Of a DNA stretch of 29,349 bases, positions 18,507-25,970 are shown piece by piece (position 1 is the stretch's first letter; each line of letters starts with the position of its first letter). The translations under genes were made by a program, and so were the position numbers. The DNA is from Archangium sp. (lineage in GTDB: Bacteria; Myxococcota; Myxococcia; Myxococcales; Myxococcaceae): assembly GCA_031367385.1 (NCBI GenBank), contig JANLPS010000007.1, forward strand, positions 1 to 29,349, in the 5' to 3' direction. The notes under the pieces are model-generated. The model worked only from the letters and a program-made list of their open reading frames with translations, had not been told where the DNA came from and ran no database searches.

Positions 18507-18676
18507 CAAATTGCGATATTTTCATGAGCAAATTCGAATCATTGAGAGATGACCATTGGAGTTTACAGGCAATGCGAACATCTGTTTGCACCGGATTTTT
18601 CCTGCCTCGATGAACCCCCCACCCCCTTGACTTCATCCCTGCGCACATGCACATACCACGCGATTTTTTTAGCCGT

Positions 18677-19615
18677 TCAGGTCTTCGGTTCAGCGAGCTG
18701 CGCTTCGACGGCGATAGGCCCGACTTCGATGTTCTTCGGTGCAGATGGGGGCACGGTCACTTCGCCGAAGTGCGAGCCTCGAAGCTGGGCGAAGACGTGG
18801 GTGAATTCGGCCCCTAAGAAGAGCACCATCGACGAGTAGTAGATCCAGATCAGTAAGACCGCCAACGAGCCGGTCGCGCCGTAGCTCGAGGCGACGGTAC
18901 CTCCGCCAAGGTAGAGGCTGATCAGCGCTTTGCCGATGTTGAACAAGACCGCGGTCACCGCGGCCCCCAACCAGACGTCGCCCCACGCGACCGGCACGTC
19001 GGGCAAGATCTTGTAGATCATCGAGAACAGCACGGTCACGAAAACGAAGGAGACCATGAAGTTGATGACCTGCCAGCCAAAGCCGGTCAACCCCATGCCG
19101 AGGTAATCGCCGATCGCGCTGATACCGGCACTGATGACCAACGACACGAGGAGGAGAAACCCCACCCCAAAGACCATCGCCAGCGACATCAGGCGGGTAC
19201 GGAAGAAGGCGACGATGCCGTTGATCTGTCGTTTCGGCGCGCCCCAGATGTAGTTGAGCGCGTTTTGGAGCGCAGCGAACACGCCCGTGGCTCCGAAAAT
19301 CAAGACGACCACACTGATGATGCTGGCGACCACTCCCGTACCTGGCTGTGAGGCGCTGGTCATCATGTCTTCGATGACGGTGGCTCCCGCTTTGCCCACC
19401 AAGCCGGCGATCTGACCTCGAATCTCGCCGCGCGCGGCCTGCTCGCCGAAGAAGCTGCTGGCGAGGGCCACCGCGATGATCAGGGTCGGAGCGATCGAGA
19501 AAACGGTGAAGTAGGCGAGGCTTGCCGCATGCGTGCTGATGTCGTCTTCGAACCAGTGTCGAAACGTCTCGCGAACCAGCGCCCAGAAGTGTTTGAGGGG
19601 TTTCGGCACCTGCAT
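18677..19615 (-). CDS. YihY/virulence factor BrkB family membrane protein
   Basis: AASLAYFTVFSIAP, LQNALNYIW, IYKILPD, SYGATGSLAVLLIWIYYS.MVLFLGAEF. Start is ATG 19615 or GTG 19624. Confidence 0.92.
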   Translation of the reverse strand: MQVPKPLKHFWALVRETFRHWFEDDISTHAASLAYFTVFSIAPTLIIAVALASSFFGEQAARGEIRGQIAGLVGKAGATVIEDMMTSASQPGTGVVASIISVVVLIFGATGVFAALQNALNYIWGAPKRQINGIVAFFRTRLMSLAMVFGVGFLLLVSLVISAGISAIGDYLGMGLTGFGWQVINFMVSFVFVTVLFSMIYKILPDVPVAWGDVWLGAAVTAVLFNIGKALISLYLGGGTVASSYGATGSLAVLLIWIYYSSMVLFLGAEFTHVFAQLRGSHFGEVTVPPSAPKNIEVGPIAVEAQLAEPKT

Positions 19616-19644
19616 GACGAGCACTCGCTAAAAAGATGGGTATG

Positions 19645-19682
19645 AAAAAAAGACGCCGACGAAGATTTCTTCGCCGGCGCCC
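19645..19682 (-). terminator. Rho-independent terminator
   Basis: Minus strand reads GGGCGCCGGCGAAG-AAAT-CTTCGTCGGCGTC followed by seven T, 26 bp after the 19709 stop. Confidence 0.85.
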
Positions 19683-19708
19683 GATGACAATTTGAGAGAA
19701 ACCCAACG

Positions 19709-20071
19709 CTATTTCTTCGCGTCGACCTTCACGTCGTCTTTGATGATGCGGCCGTTCGCGTCGGTCTTCACCGTACGAACCGCTTTGCTGTGCGAGTCAT
19801 TCTTCATGCCGGGCGCGTCGTGTTCGACCGTCTTCTCGATCTTCGCTTCGACGGTGCCATCGGCATTGCGGGTGGTGTTGGCGCTGGTCTTCGCCGTGTC
19901 GGTGGTCGAGTTCATCAGGCCAGCCGGGTCGGTCTTGGTCTTGGCCTCGACCGTGGTGGTGTCACCCTTCTTGCCGCTCTTCGTCTCGGTCTTGATCTCG
20001 GTGGTCTTCACGTCATCGGCGAAAACCGAAAATGCGGTGAGGGCAAAAGCAATGGTGAGTACGCGTTTCAT
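19709..20071 (-). CDS. Secreted Thr/Lys-rich hypothetical protein (120 aa)
   Basis: AAGGAG RBS, signal peptide MKRVLTIAFALTAFSVFA, hydrophilic mature region. Confidence 0.82.
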   Translation of the reverse strand: MKRVLTIAFALTAFSVFADDVKTTEIKTETKSGKKGDTTTVEAKTKTDPAGLMNSTTDTAKTSANTTRNADGTVEAKIEKTVEHDAPGMKNDSHSKAVRTVKTDANGRIIKDDVKVDAKK

Positions 20072-20185
20072 GATGAACTCCTTGTTTGGGTTGAGTTGCG
20101 ACGACTGGTGCTGGGTTGAAAAAACTGCTGCGACTTCTCTGCGGCCTTCAAACAAGGCCAAAGGGTGGGTGTCTCGGTACGGCGG

Positions 20186-20578
20186 TTACTTCAGCGCCCG
20201 GCGAACGTTCGACGTCGCCTTCTTGAAGCTCTTGCGAGCCTCTTTCGACGCGCGGGAGACGCCGTTGCTGATGGCATCGACCGCGTCACTCATTGGGCTC
20301 TTCGAGCCGCGCATCGCCCGTGCCGCGACTCCGACCAGAACGCCCGCACCGAGCAGCGTGCCCAGCGCCACCGGGTGTGCCTTGACGGCTTTTTGCGTCG
20401 AGTTGACAGCGCGGCGAATGCTCGACGACGAGCTGACGGCTTTGACGAGCTTGGTGCCGGCGTCAGAGACCTCGGGTGCCCTCCGCGCGAGCGCGCTCGC
20501 CGCCTTCTTCGGAGCGGCTTTGCTCACCTTCTTGGTCTTCGTTTTCACGGCCGATTTGACGGTTGCCATCGAGGGCAT
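20186..20578 (-). CDS. Basic Lys/Ala-rich hypothetical protein with one hydrophobic segment (130 aa)
   Basis: AAGGA RBS before ATG 20578, high GC3, central HPVALGTLLGAGVLVGVAA segment. Confidence 0.72.
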   Translation of the reverse strand: MPSMATVKSAVKTKTKKVSKAAPKKAASALARRAPEVSDAGTKLVKAVSSSSSIRRAVNSTQKAVKAHPVALGTLLGAGVLVGVAARAMRGSKSPMSDAVDAISNGVSRASKEARKSFKKATSNVRRALK

Positions 20579-20616
20579 GGTGCGGTCCTTTGGTAGGGGT
20601 TTAGAAAAGCGGGTGA

Positions 20617-21042
20617 CTACTTCTTGAAATCCCACGCGCGACGCACGTAGGGCTTGACGTCTTTGAAGGGCTTGCCGGTCTTCTTCTCGTCCCATTCGCT
20701 CGAGAGCTTGGTCTCGAGGTCGTCGTTCCACGTCTGGTACGAGTTGCTGTATTGCTCGTGGGCGCCCATGCCGTACCGAAACGCGGGCTCGACGTCAGTC
20801 CAATTGCCTTTGGTGTCTTTGCCAGTCGACGGGTTGGGCGTGTTCGGCCCGGGGATGACTTCAGCCCCCGTCGCCTGCTTCACGGTATCGCTGACCTGCT
20901 GATTGAGCTCTTTGCCGCCCGAGCTGACGTCGGCCTTGGTCTGCTCCCAGTCGCGCTTGAGGGCTTCTTTCATCCGATCCCATGCGTTGCCGTGCTTCTC
21001 GGTGTTCCAGTACGGCGCGTTCCATTGGTTTTCGGTTGCCAT
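20617..21042 (-). CDS. Trp-rich hypothetical protein (141 aa)
   Basis: AAGGAG RBS, strong codon bias, repeated W-containing helical segments. Confidence 0.85.
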   Translation of the reverse strand: MATENQWNAPYWNTEKHGNAWDRMKEALKRDWEQTKADVSSGGKELNQQVSDTVKQATGAEVIPGPNTPNPSTGKDTKGNWTDVEPAFRYGMGAHEQYSNSYQTWNDDLETKLSSEWDEKKTGKPFKDVKPYVRRAWDFKK

Positions 21043-21066
21043 GATGTGCAGCTCCTTTTTTGAGGG

Positions 21067-21321
21067 TTAAACAGCGGTAGAGGGTCGCGGCAACGGGAGC
21101 GTGGTCGGCCCACCTTCTCCCTCCATGCGAGCGATGGCTTCGTGATCTTCTTTCGACAAACGAGGCTTGAGCGCAGCACGCACCTTCGCGCGCATCTGCT
21201 TGCGAGCGCGGTCGACGGCCTTCAACCCGACGATCGCGGCACTGGTACCGAGGGCCAGCGCGCCGACGACCTTCGACAGCACGCTCGCTCTGGTCTGACC
21301 TTTTGATTTGGCGGTGAACAT
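21067..21321 (-). CDS. Small hypothetical membrane-anchored protein (84 aa)
   Basis: GAGGAG RBS before ATG 21321, hydrophobic VVGALALGTSAAIVGL. First gene after a sigma54 motif. Confidence 0.65.
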   Translation of the reverse strand: MFTAKSKGQTRASVLSKVVGALALGTSAAIVGLKAVDRARKQMRAKVRAALKPRLSKEDHEAIARMEGEGGPTTLPLPRPSTAV

Positions 21322-21359
21322 GTGTGGGGCACTCCTCGTTGATGAGTTGCGTGCTCTTG

Positions 21360-21376
21360 AGCAACTCGCGGACCAA
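21360..21376 (-). promoter_or_regulatory. Sigma54 (-24/-12) promoter
   Basis: Minus strand TTGGTCCGCGAGTTGCT has GG-N10-GC spacing with TTGCT, about 40 bp upstream of the 21321 ATG. Confidence 0.65.
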
Positions 21377-21500
21377 CTGGCGGGCCTCGGCAATTCGTTG
21401 ATTTGGCTGGGTAAATCGACCGCTAAATCGCCACAGTGGGGCGCCCACGAGGTTCGACAAGTTGATGCAGCACACTCGTTCGCGCTGTTAAGGCCGGAGC

Positions 21501-24017
21501 ATGGCGATCATACCGACGCAGCGCACGGTCAACGACGATGTCGATGTGTTGGGTCGCTGTCTGGGCACGGTGCTGCGCGAGCAAGAGGGGCAGGCCTTCT
21601 ATGAGCTCGAAGAGCGAGTGCGGCTCGAGACGATTCGCTTGCGCGAAGCCGGTGAAGACTCGGCCCCGATGCAGGCGGTGCTGGCGAAGGTCAGCCTGAG
21701 CGAGGCTGAGAAGCTCATTCATGCTTTCTCGAGCTACTTCTTGCTGATCAACCTGGCCGAGGAGCACGCCCGGTTGCGTCGGGTGGCTCCGGCCGATGGG
21801 CAGCGCAAGCAAGGGCTCGAGCAGGCTTTGCGGCTGCTCCAAGAAGAAGGGCACAGCGCGGCGACCGCCAAGGCGTTGATCGCCTCGTGCGAGCTCGGGT
21901 TGACCTTCACCGCGCACCCCACCGAGATGCGGCGACGCACCGTGCGGGGGCACCTCGAGGCGATCTCGAACCTGGTGCCGGGCATCGAGGCGCCTGAGGC
22001 CGTCGCCGAGCTCGCCGCGCACGTCGAGGCCCTGTGGAGCACGCCGCAGCTACGCGACCGTCAGCCGACCGTGCGCGACGAGGTGAATGCAGGCCTGGCC
22101 TACGTCGAGGTGATCGCCTCGGTGCTGCCGCAGCTCGAGCGCGACCTCGAAGAGAGCTTCGAGAAGGTCTTCAAAGAGAAGGTGTCGCTGGCGCTCCCGC
22201 TCTCCTTTCACTCGTGGATGGGCGGCGATCGCGACGGCAACCCGGCGGTGACTCCGCAGATGACCCGCGAGACGTTCGCGCTGCACCACGGCCGCGCGCG
22301 CGCTTCGCTTTCACGAGAGGTTGATCAGGCCTACGCGTGGCTCTCGCAAAGCACCCGGGCGGCCAGCTCGGTCGTCGATGAGCCCTTTCGGCGCTCTTTG
22401 CAGGAGGCGCATGACGCACTCGACACCCCAGGTGTCGATTTTACCGAGCTGTTCTCGAGGCTCGAGGCCTCGCTCGCGAGTGCTGGGCAGCTGCGGAGCC
22501 GGGAGCGCTTCGCCCGGCCGTTGACGGTGCGGGCGCGAACCTTTGGCGTGCACCTGGCCTCGCTCGACATTCGAGAGCACAGCGCGTTGACCGGCGCGGC
22601 GGTGGGTGAGCTGCTGCGCCACGCGGGGGTCGAGGGCTACGAGACGCTGCCCGAGGCCGAGAAGTCGAAGGCGTTGTGCGGCGAGTTGGCCACCCGGCGC
22701 CCGCTGCGGCCGGTGGGGCAGGTTGGTTCGGCGGCACTGCAAAACGTGCTGGGCCCGATGCAAGCCGCCAAAGAGGCGATGGCCCAGTCGGGGCCGCGGG
22801 CCTTCGGCTCGTACATCGTCTCGATGAGCGAGCAGCCCTCTGACTTGCTCGAGGTGTTGGTGCTGGCTCGCGAGGTCGGGCTCGAAGTGGTGCCGGTGCC
22901 GTTGTTCGAGACGCTGGGTGACCTCGAGAGAGCGCCGCAGGTGATGCGCGAAGTGCTGGCGTTGCCTGAATACCGCGAGGCCATCGGTGAGCGGGTTCAG
23001 GAGGTGATGATCGGGTACTCCGACTCGAACAAAGATGCGGGTTTCGTCGCCGCGAACTGGGCGCTGCACGAAGCGCAGGCCCGCGTCGCCGAGGTGTGCG
23101 CCAAGGCTGGGGTGCAGCACCGATTTTTTCACGGCCGCGGTACCAGCATCGGCCGCGGCGGAGGCCCGATGGCCAGGGGCATGCTCGGCCAGCCCGCTGG
23201 CACGGTCGGCGCCGGCATTCGCATCACCGAGCAGGGTGAAGCGCTGAGCGACAAATACAGCCACCCGGCGCTGGCGAGGCGAAACCTCGAGCAGGGGTTG
23301 CATGGGTTGTTGGTCGCGGCCGGCCGAAAGCCGCGTGCGCTTGACCCGCGGTGGAGCGAGGCGATGGGCCGCGCTTCGGTGGCGAGCGTCGAGGCCTATC
23401 GTGGCCTGGTCAGAGACCCAGGGTTCTTGCCTTTTTTCGAAGCGGTTACGCCGATTCGCGAAATCTCGAAGCTGCGCATCGCCTCACGCCCGGTGCGACG
23501 CCCCGGCGCGGCGACGCTGTCGAACCTGAGGGCAATACCCTGGGTGATGGCGTGGACGCAGTGCCGCGCGAACGTGCCCGGCTGGTTTGGGCTGGGCGAC
23601 GCGCTCGCCCTCATCGACGTCGAGCTCGGCAAGTCGATGTACGAACAGTGGCCGTTCTTTCGCTCGATGCTCGACAACGCGCAGATGGCTTTGGCGAAGA
23701 GCGACTTCGCGATTTTTCGGGCCTACCGCACGCTGTCGGGTGAGCAGGTGCTCGGGGCGCGCATCGAGGCGGCGTATGCGCAGACCGTCGAGCGGGTGAA
23801 GGCGATCATCGGAGGCGAGTTGCTGGTGAATGAGCCGCGGCTCCAGAAGTCGATTCGACTGCGAAACCCCTACATCGACCCGATTCATCGGGCACAAGTC
23901 GAGCTCTTGCGGCAAGCGCGCAGTCGCAGTGAAGACGAGGCCTTGCCGGAGCAGCTGGAGCGGGCTCTGGTGTTGTCGCTCCACGGCGTTGCGGCGGGCA
24001 TGCGCAACACGGGGTGA
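21501..24017 (+). CDS. ppc: Phosphoenolpyruvate carboxylase
   Basis: TAHPTE, SWMGGDRDGNP, QEVMIGYSDSNKDAG, FHGRG.SIGRGG, LRAIPW, C-terminal GMRNTG. Confidence 0.97.
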   Translation: MAIIPTQRTVNDDVDVLGRCLGTVLREQEGQAFYELEERVRLETIRLREAGEDSAPMQAVLAKVSLSEAEKLIHAFSSYFLLINLAEEHARLRRVAPADGQRKQGLEQALRLLQEEGHSAATAKALIASCELGLTFTAHPTEMRRRTVRGHLEAISNLVPGIEAPEAVAELAAHVEALWSTPQLRDRQPTVRDEVNAGLAYVEVIASVLPQLERDLEESFEKVFKEKVSLALPLSFHSWMGGDRDGNPAVTPQMTRETFALHHGRARASLSREVDQAYAWLSQSTRAASSVVDEPFRRSLQEAHDALDTPGVDFTELFSRLEASLASAGQLRSRERFARPLTVRARTFGVHLASLDIREHSALTGAAVGELLRHAGVEGYETLPEAEKSKALCGELATRRPLRPVGQVGSAALQNVLGPMQAAKEAMAQSGPRAFGSYIVSMSEQPSDLLEVLVLAREVGLEVVPVPLFETLGDLERAPQVMREVLALPEYREAIGERVQEVMIGYSDSNKDAGFVAANWALHEAQARVAEVCAKAGVQHRFFHGRGTSIGRGGGPMARGMLGQPAGTVGAGIRITEQGEALSDKYSHPALARRNLEQGLHGLLVAAGRKPRALDPRWSEAMGRASVASVEAYRGLVRDPGFLPFFEAVTPIREISKLRIASRPVRRPGAATLSNLRAIPWVMAWTQCRANVPGWFGLGDALALIDVELGKSMYEQWPFFRSMLDNAQMALAKSDFAIFRAYRTLSGEQVLGARIEAAYAQTVERVKAIIGGELLVNEPRLQKSIRLRNPYIDPIHRAQVELLRQARSRSEDEALPEQLERALVLSLHGVAAGMRNTG

Positions 24018-24107
24018 GCACTGACCACAGCGCCCCACTGAGACCGCTTCGCGGTTGATTCGGTGTCGAGCCGCGGGTGGGGTGCTCTGAGCGAGGCAGC
24101 TCGGGCG

Positions 24108-24123
24108 CGGCACACTGGCTGCA
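24108..24123 (+). promoter_or_regulatory. Sigma54 (-24/-12) promoter
   Basis: CGGCACACTGGCTGCA has GG-N10-GC spacing with GGCAC and TGCA, directly upstream of the BON gene. Confidence 0.6.
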
Positions 24124-24135
24124 ATTTCGCGCCAC

Positions 24136-24591
24136 ATGACCAATCGAATCTTATCGGCTGTGAGCGTTGCGATGCTGTTTCTCGGTTGCGCGAGCCAGAA
24201 CGATTCAATCATTCGCGCCTCGAAAGAAAGAGAGCTGGAGCGGGAGCGCATGCACCGCGCTCGGCCGATCGAGTCATCGGGCGGGGTCGCGACCGAGCGG
24301 GCCTTCGAGCAGCCGATGTCGATGCCGCCCGCGGCGACCCCGGCGCCTGCATTGACCGCGATGGACCAATCGAATGACCCTGAGGACTTGCGGTTGACCC
24401 AGGAGCTTCGCAAGCAGCTGGTCAACGACTCATCGCTCTCATTTTCGGCGAAGAACGTGAAGATCATCTCCCGAGAGGGCCGCGTGACGTTGCGTGGCGC
24501 GGTTTCGCCAGAGGAGCGAACGACGATCGTCAATCGCGCCCAAGCGGTCGCCGGCGTTTCGCGCGTCGATGACATGCTTGAAGTGAAGTGA
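24136..24591 (+). CDS. BON domain lipoprotein
   Basis: Lipobox FLGC and one C-terminal BON domain (DLRLTQELRKQL...NVKII...GRVTLRGAV...AVAGVSRVDDMLEV). Confidence 0.9.
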   Translation: MTNRILSAVSVAMLFLGCASQNDSIIRASKERELERERMHRARPIESSGGVATERAFEQPMSMPPAATPAPALTAMDQSNDPEDLRLTQELRKQLVNDSSLSFSAKNVKIISREGRVTLRGAVSPEERTTIVNRAQAVAGVSRVDDMLEVK

Positions 24592-24930
24592 GTCATTCCA
24601 CGCAGGCGCGGCCCCGGCGGTGCGCCATGCCGGCCGAGGCCGGTCCGTCTGGCGGGCTTCAGGACGTTTCTGTGGAGGACCGGCCGCCGCGAAGCGGGCG
24701 AATCGAAACGGCGAGGCTCGGGCATGACTCCGAAGATCACGTATTGGCATGAGCCCCACCCGTTGCTGTGAGGTCACCCTCGAAACGGCATTCGCTCAAG
24801 ACCTTCTCGATCTACGGTGTGCTCTTGGCAAAGGTGAAGGCAGCCGGGCTGAGCACGGCGCAGCCCAACAGCGTCGTCGGTTGAATCCGCGATCCACGGG
24901 TGGGGCTGGGCTGAGGGTTGGGCGAAGGAA

Positions 24931-25194
24931 TTACCGGGCGCCGGGAGAATCGGCACCGCCACTCGGCATCGGTGGGTGAACGGGCGCCGTGCTCAAGCTT
25001 GCGCCACGAAGCCCTGTGGCGCGTAGCGACGCGAAAATGGGCTCCGCTCGTGCAGACCTATTGAGCGCCTTCGTCGACGACTCATCGGTGCTGATCGCAC
25101 GCAAGGCCCGACCCCATTCTTGCTGGGGTGAAAGGCTCCGAGCCCTGGTCTCAACGCACGCGTGGGCGTGACCACGAAATGCCATGCGGGGCAC
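24931..25194 (-). CDS. Possible small hypothetical protein
   Basis: 87-aa ORF whose GTG abuts the stop of the ferritin-like gene. No motif, and coding status is uncertain. Confidence 0.3.
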   Translation of the reverse strand: MPRMAFRGHAHACVETRARSLSPQQEWGRALRAISTDESSTKALNRSARAEPIFASLRATGLRGASLSTAPVHPPMPSGGADSPGAR

Positions 25195-25772
25195 TACGCG
25201 TTGAGTGGGAGCCTTTTGAGAAAGTCCGCCAGGTCGTCGGCGTGCTCTTCTTCTTGCTCGAGAATTTGCTCCATCATGCGGCGCGTCGTTGGGTCTTTGT
25301 CAGCTAGGTACCGAATGATCGCCCCATAGGTATCGATGGCGATGCGCTCGGCGACGAGGTCTTCGGTGAGCATGCCCCTCAGCGAGTCTGACACCACGTA
25401 GTCGGCGTGGCTGCGGCTGGCGATGCTCTGGGGTGAGAAGTCGGGCTCGCCTCCGAGCTGCGTGATTCGCTCGGCGATGCGATCTGCGTGGGCCTGTTCT
25501 TCTTGTGAATGCTTCATCAGCTCAGCGGTGATCGCGTGGCCAGCGATGCCGCCGACCGCCGAGCTCATGTAGTGGTGGTTGCGATACCGCAGAACGCAGA
25601 CCAACTCGGTCGCCAACGAATCGTTGAGCAGTTTGATGATGACCGTGCGGTCACCCTGGTAGTTCTCGGTGACTGCGCCCTCCTCGATGTGCTCGCGCGC
25701 GCGCTTCTTGATGCCCTCGAGGTCGAGAGAAAAAGTGTGGTTCGACTCGACCGACTTGGCTGCAGCAGACAT
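25194..25772 (-). CDS. Bacterioferritin-like/ferritin-like di-iron protein
   Basis: LATELVCVLRY, EEQAHADRIAERITQLGGEP, EDLVAERIAI, EEEHADDL: two E plus ExxH ferroxidase ligand sets. Confidence 0.92.
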   Translation of the reverse strand: MSAAAKSVESNHTFSLDLEGIKKRAREHIEEGAVTENYQGDRTVIIKLLNDSLATELVCVLRYRNHHYMSSAVGGIAGHAITAELMKHSQEEQAHADRIAERITQLGGEPDFSPQSIASRSHADYVVSDSLRGMLTEDLVAERIAIDTYGAIIRYLADKDPTTRRMMEQILEQEEEHADDLADFLKRLPLNA

Positions 25773-25809
25773 GGGTGACGCCTTTCAAAGAGAACCTCGG
25801 GGCCACCTG

Positions 25810-25825
25810 AGCAACGCACATGCCA
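25810..25825 (-). promoter_or_regulatory. Sigma54 (-24/-12) promoter
   Basis: Minus strand TGGCATGTGCGTTGCT is near-consensus and lies 38 bp upstream of the ferritin-like ATG. Confidence 0.8.
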
Positions 25826-25942
25826 TGTCGGGCCTTCGGGCGCCCTGGGGGCAGCGCAGAGCCCTCGACCGAACCCGTCACAGTGAGCGTCGCTGACACA
25901 CCGAGACAGACTGGCCCGGCCCGAGTTGCAGTCGTCTTCGGG

Positions 25943-25958
25943 TGGCACGGCCAATGCG
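25943..25958 (+). promoter_or_regulatory. Sigma54 (-24/-12) promoter
   Basis: TGGCACGGCCAATGCG has a perfect TGGCACG -24 box and GG-N10-GC spacing. Confidence 0.7.
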
Positions 25959-25970
25959 GAGCGCGCCCCT

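Noticed and set aside
20119..20160. Hairpins and T-run between the third and fourth small genes as an attenuator
   Set aside because: The GGCCTT/AAGGCC stem is too far from the T-run, and the nearer stem pairs properly only on the non-coding strand.
19692..20627. 311-aa hydrophobic plus-strand ORF resembling a membrane protein
   Set aside because: It is the antisense shadow of two Lys/Thr-rich minus-strand genes that have SDs, a signal peptide and a terminator.
23484..24740. 418-aa minus-strand ORF
   Set aside because: It overlaps ppc and the BON gene antisense, and has the Arg/Ser-rich shadow composition typical of GC-rich DNA.
24752..24907. Retron msr-msd, 6S RNA or c-di-GMP riboswitch identity for the inverted-repeat element
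   Set aside because: No reverse transcriptase is in the window, the usual 6S gene context is absent, and the GEMM consensus could not be aligned.
25912..25930. TGGCCCGGCCCGAGTTGCA as a fifth sigma54 promoter
   Set aside because: GG-to-GC spacing is 13 or 8 nt, not the required 10.
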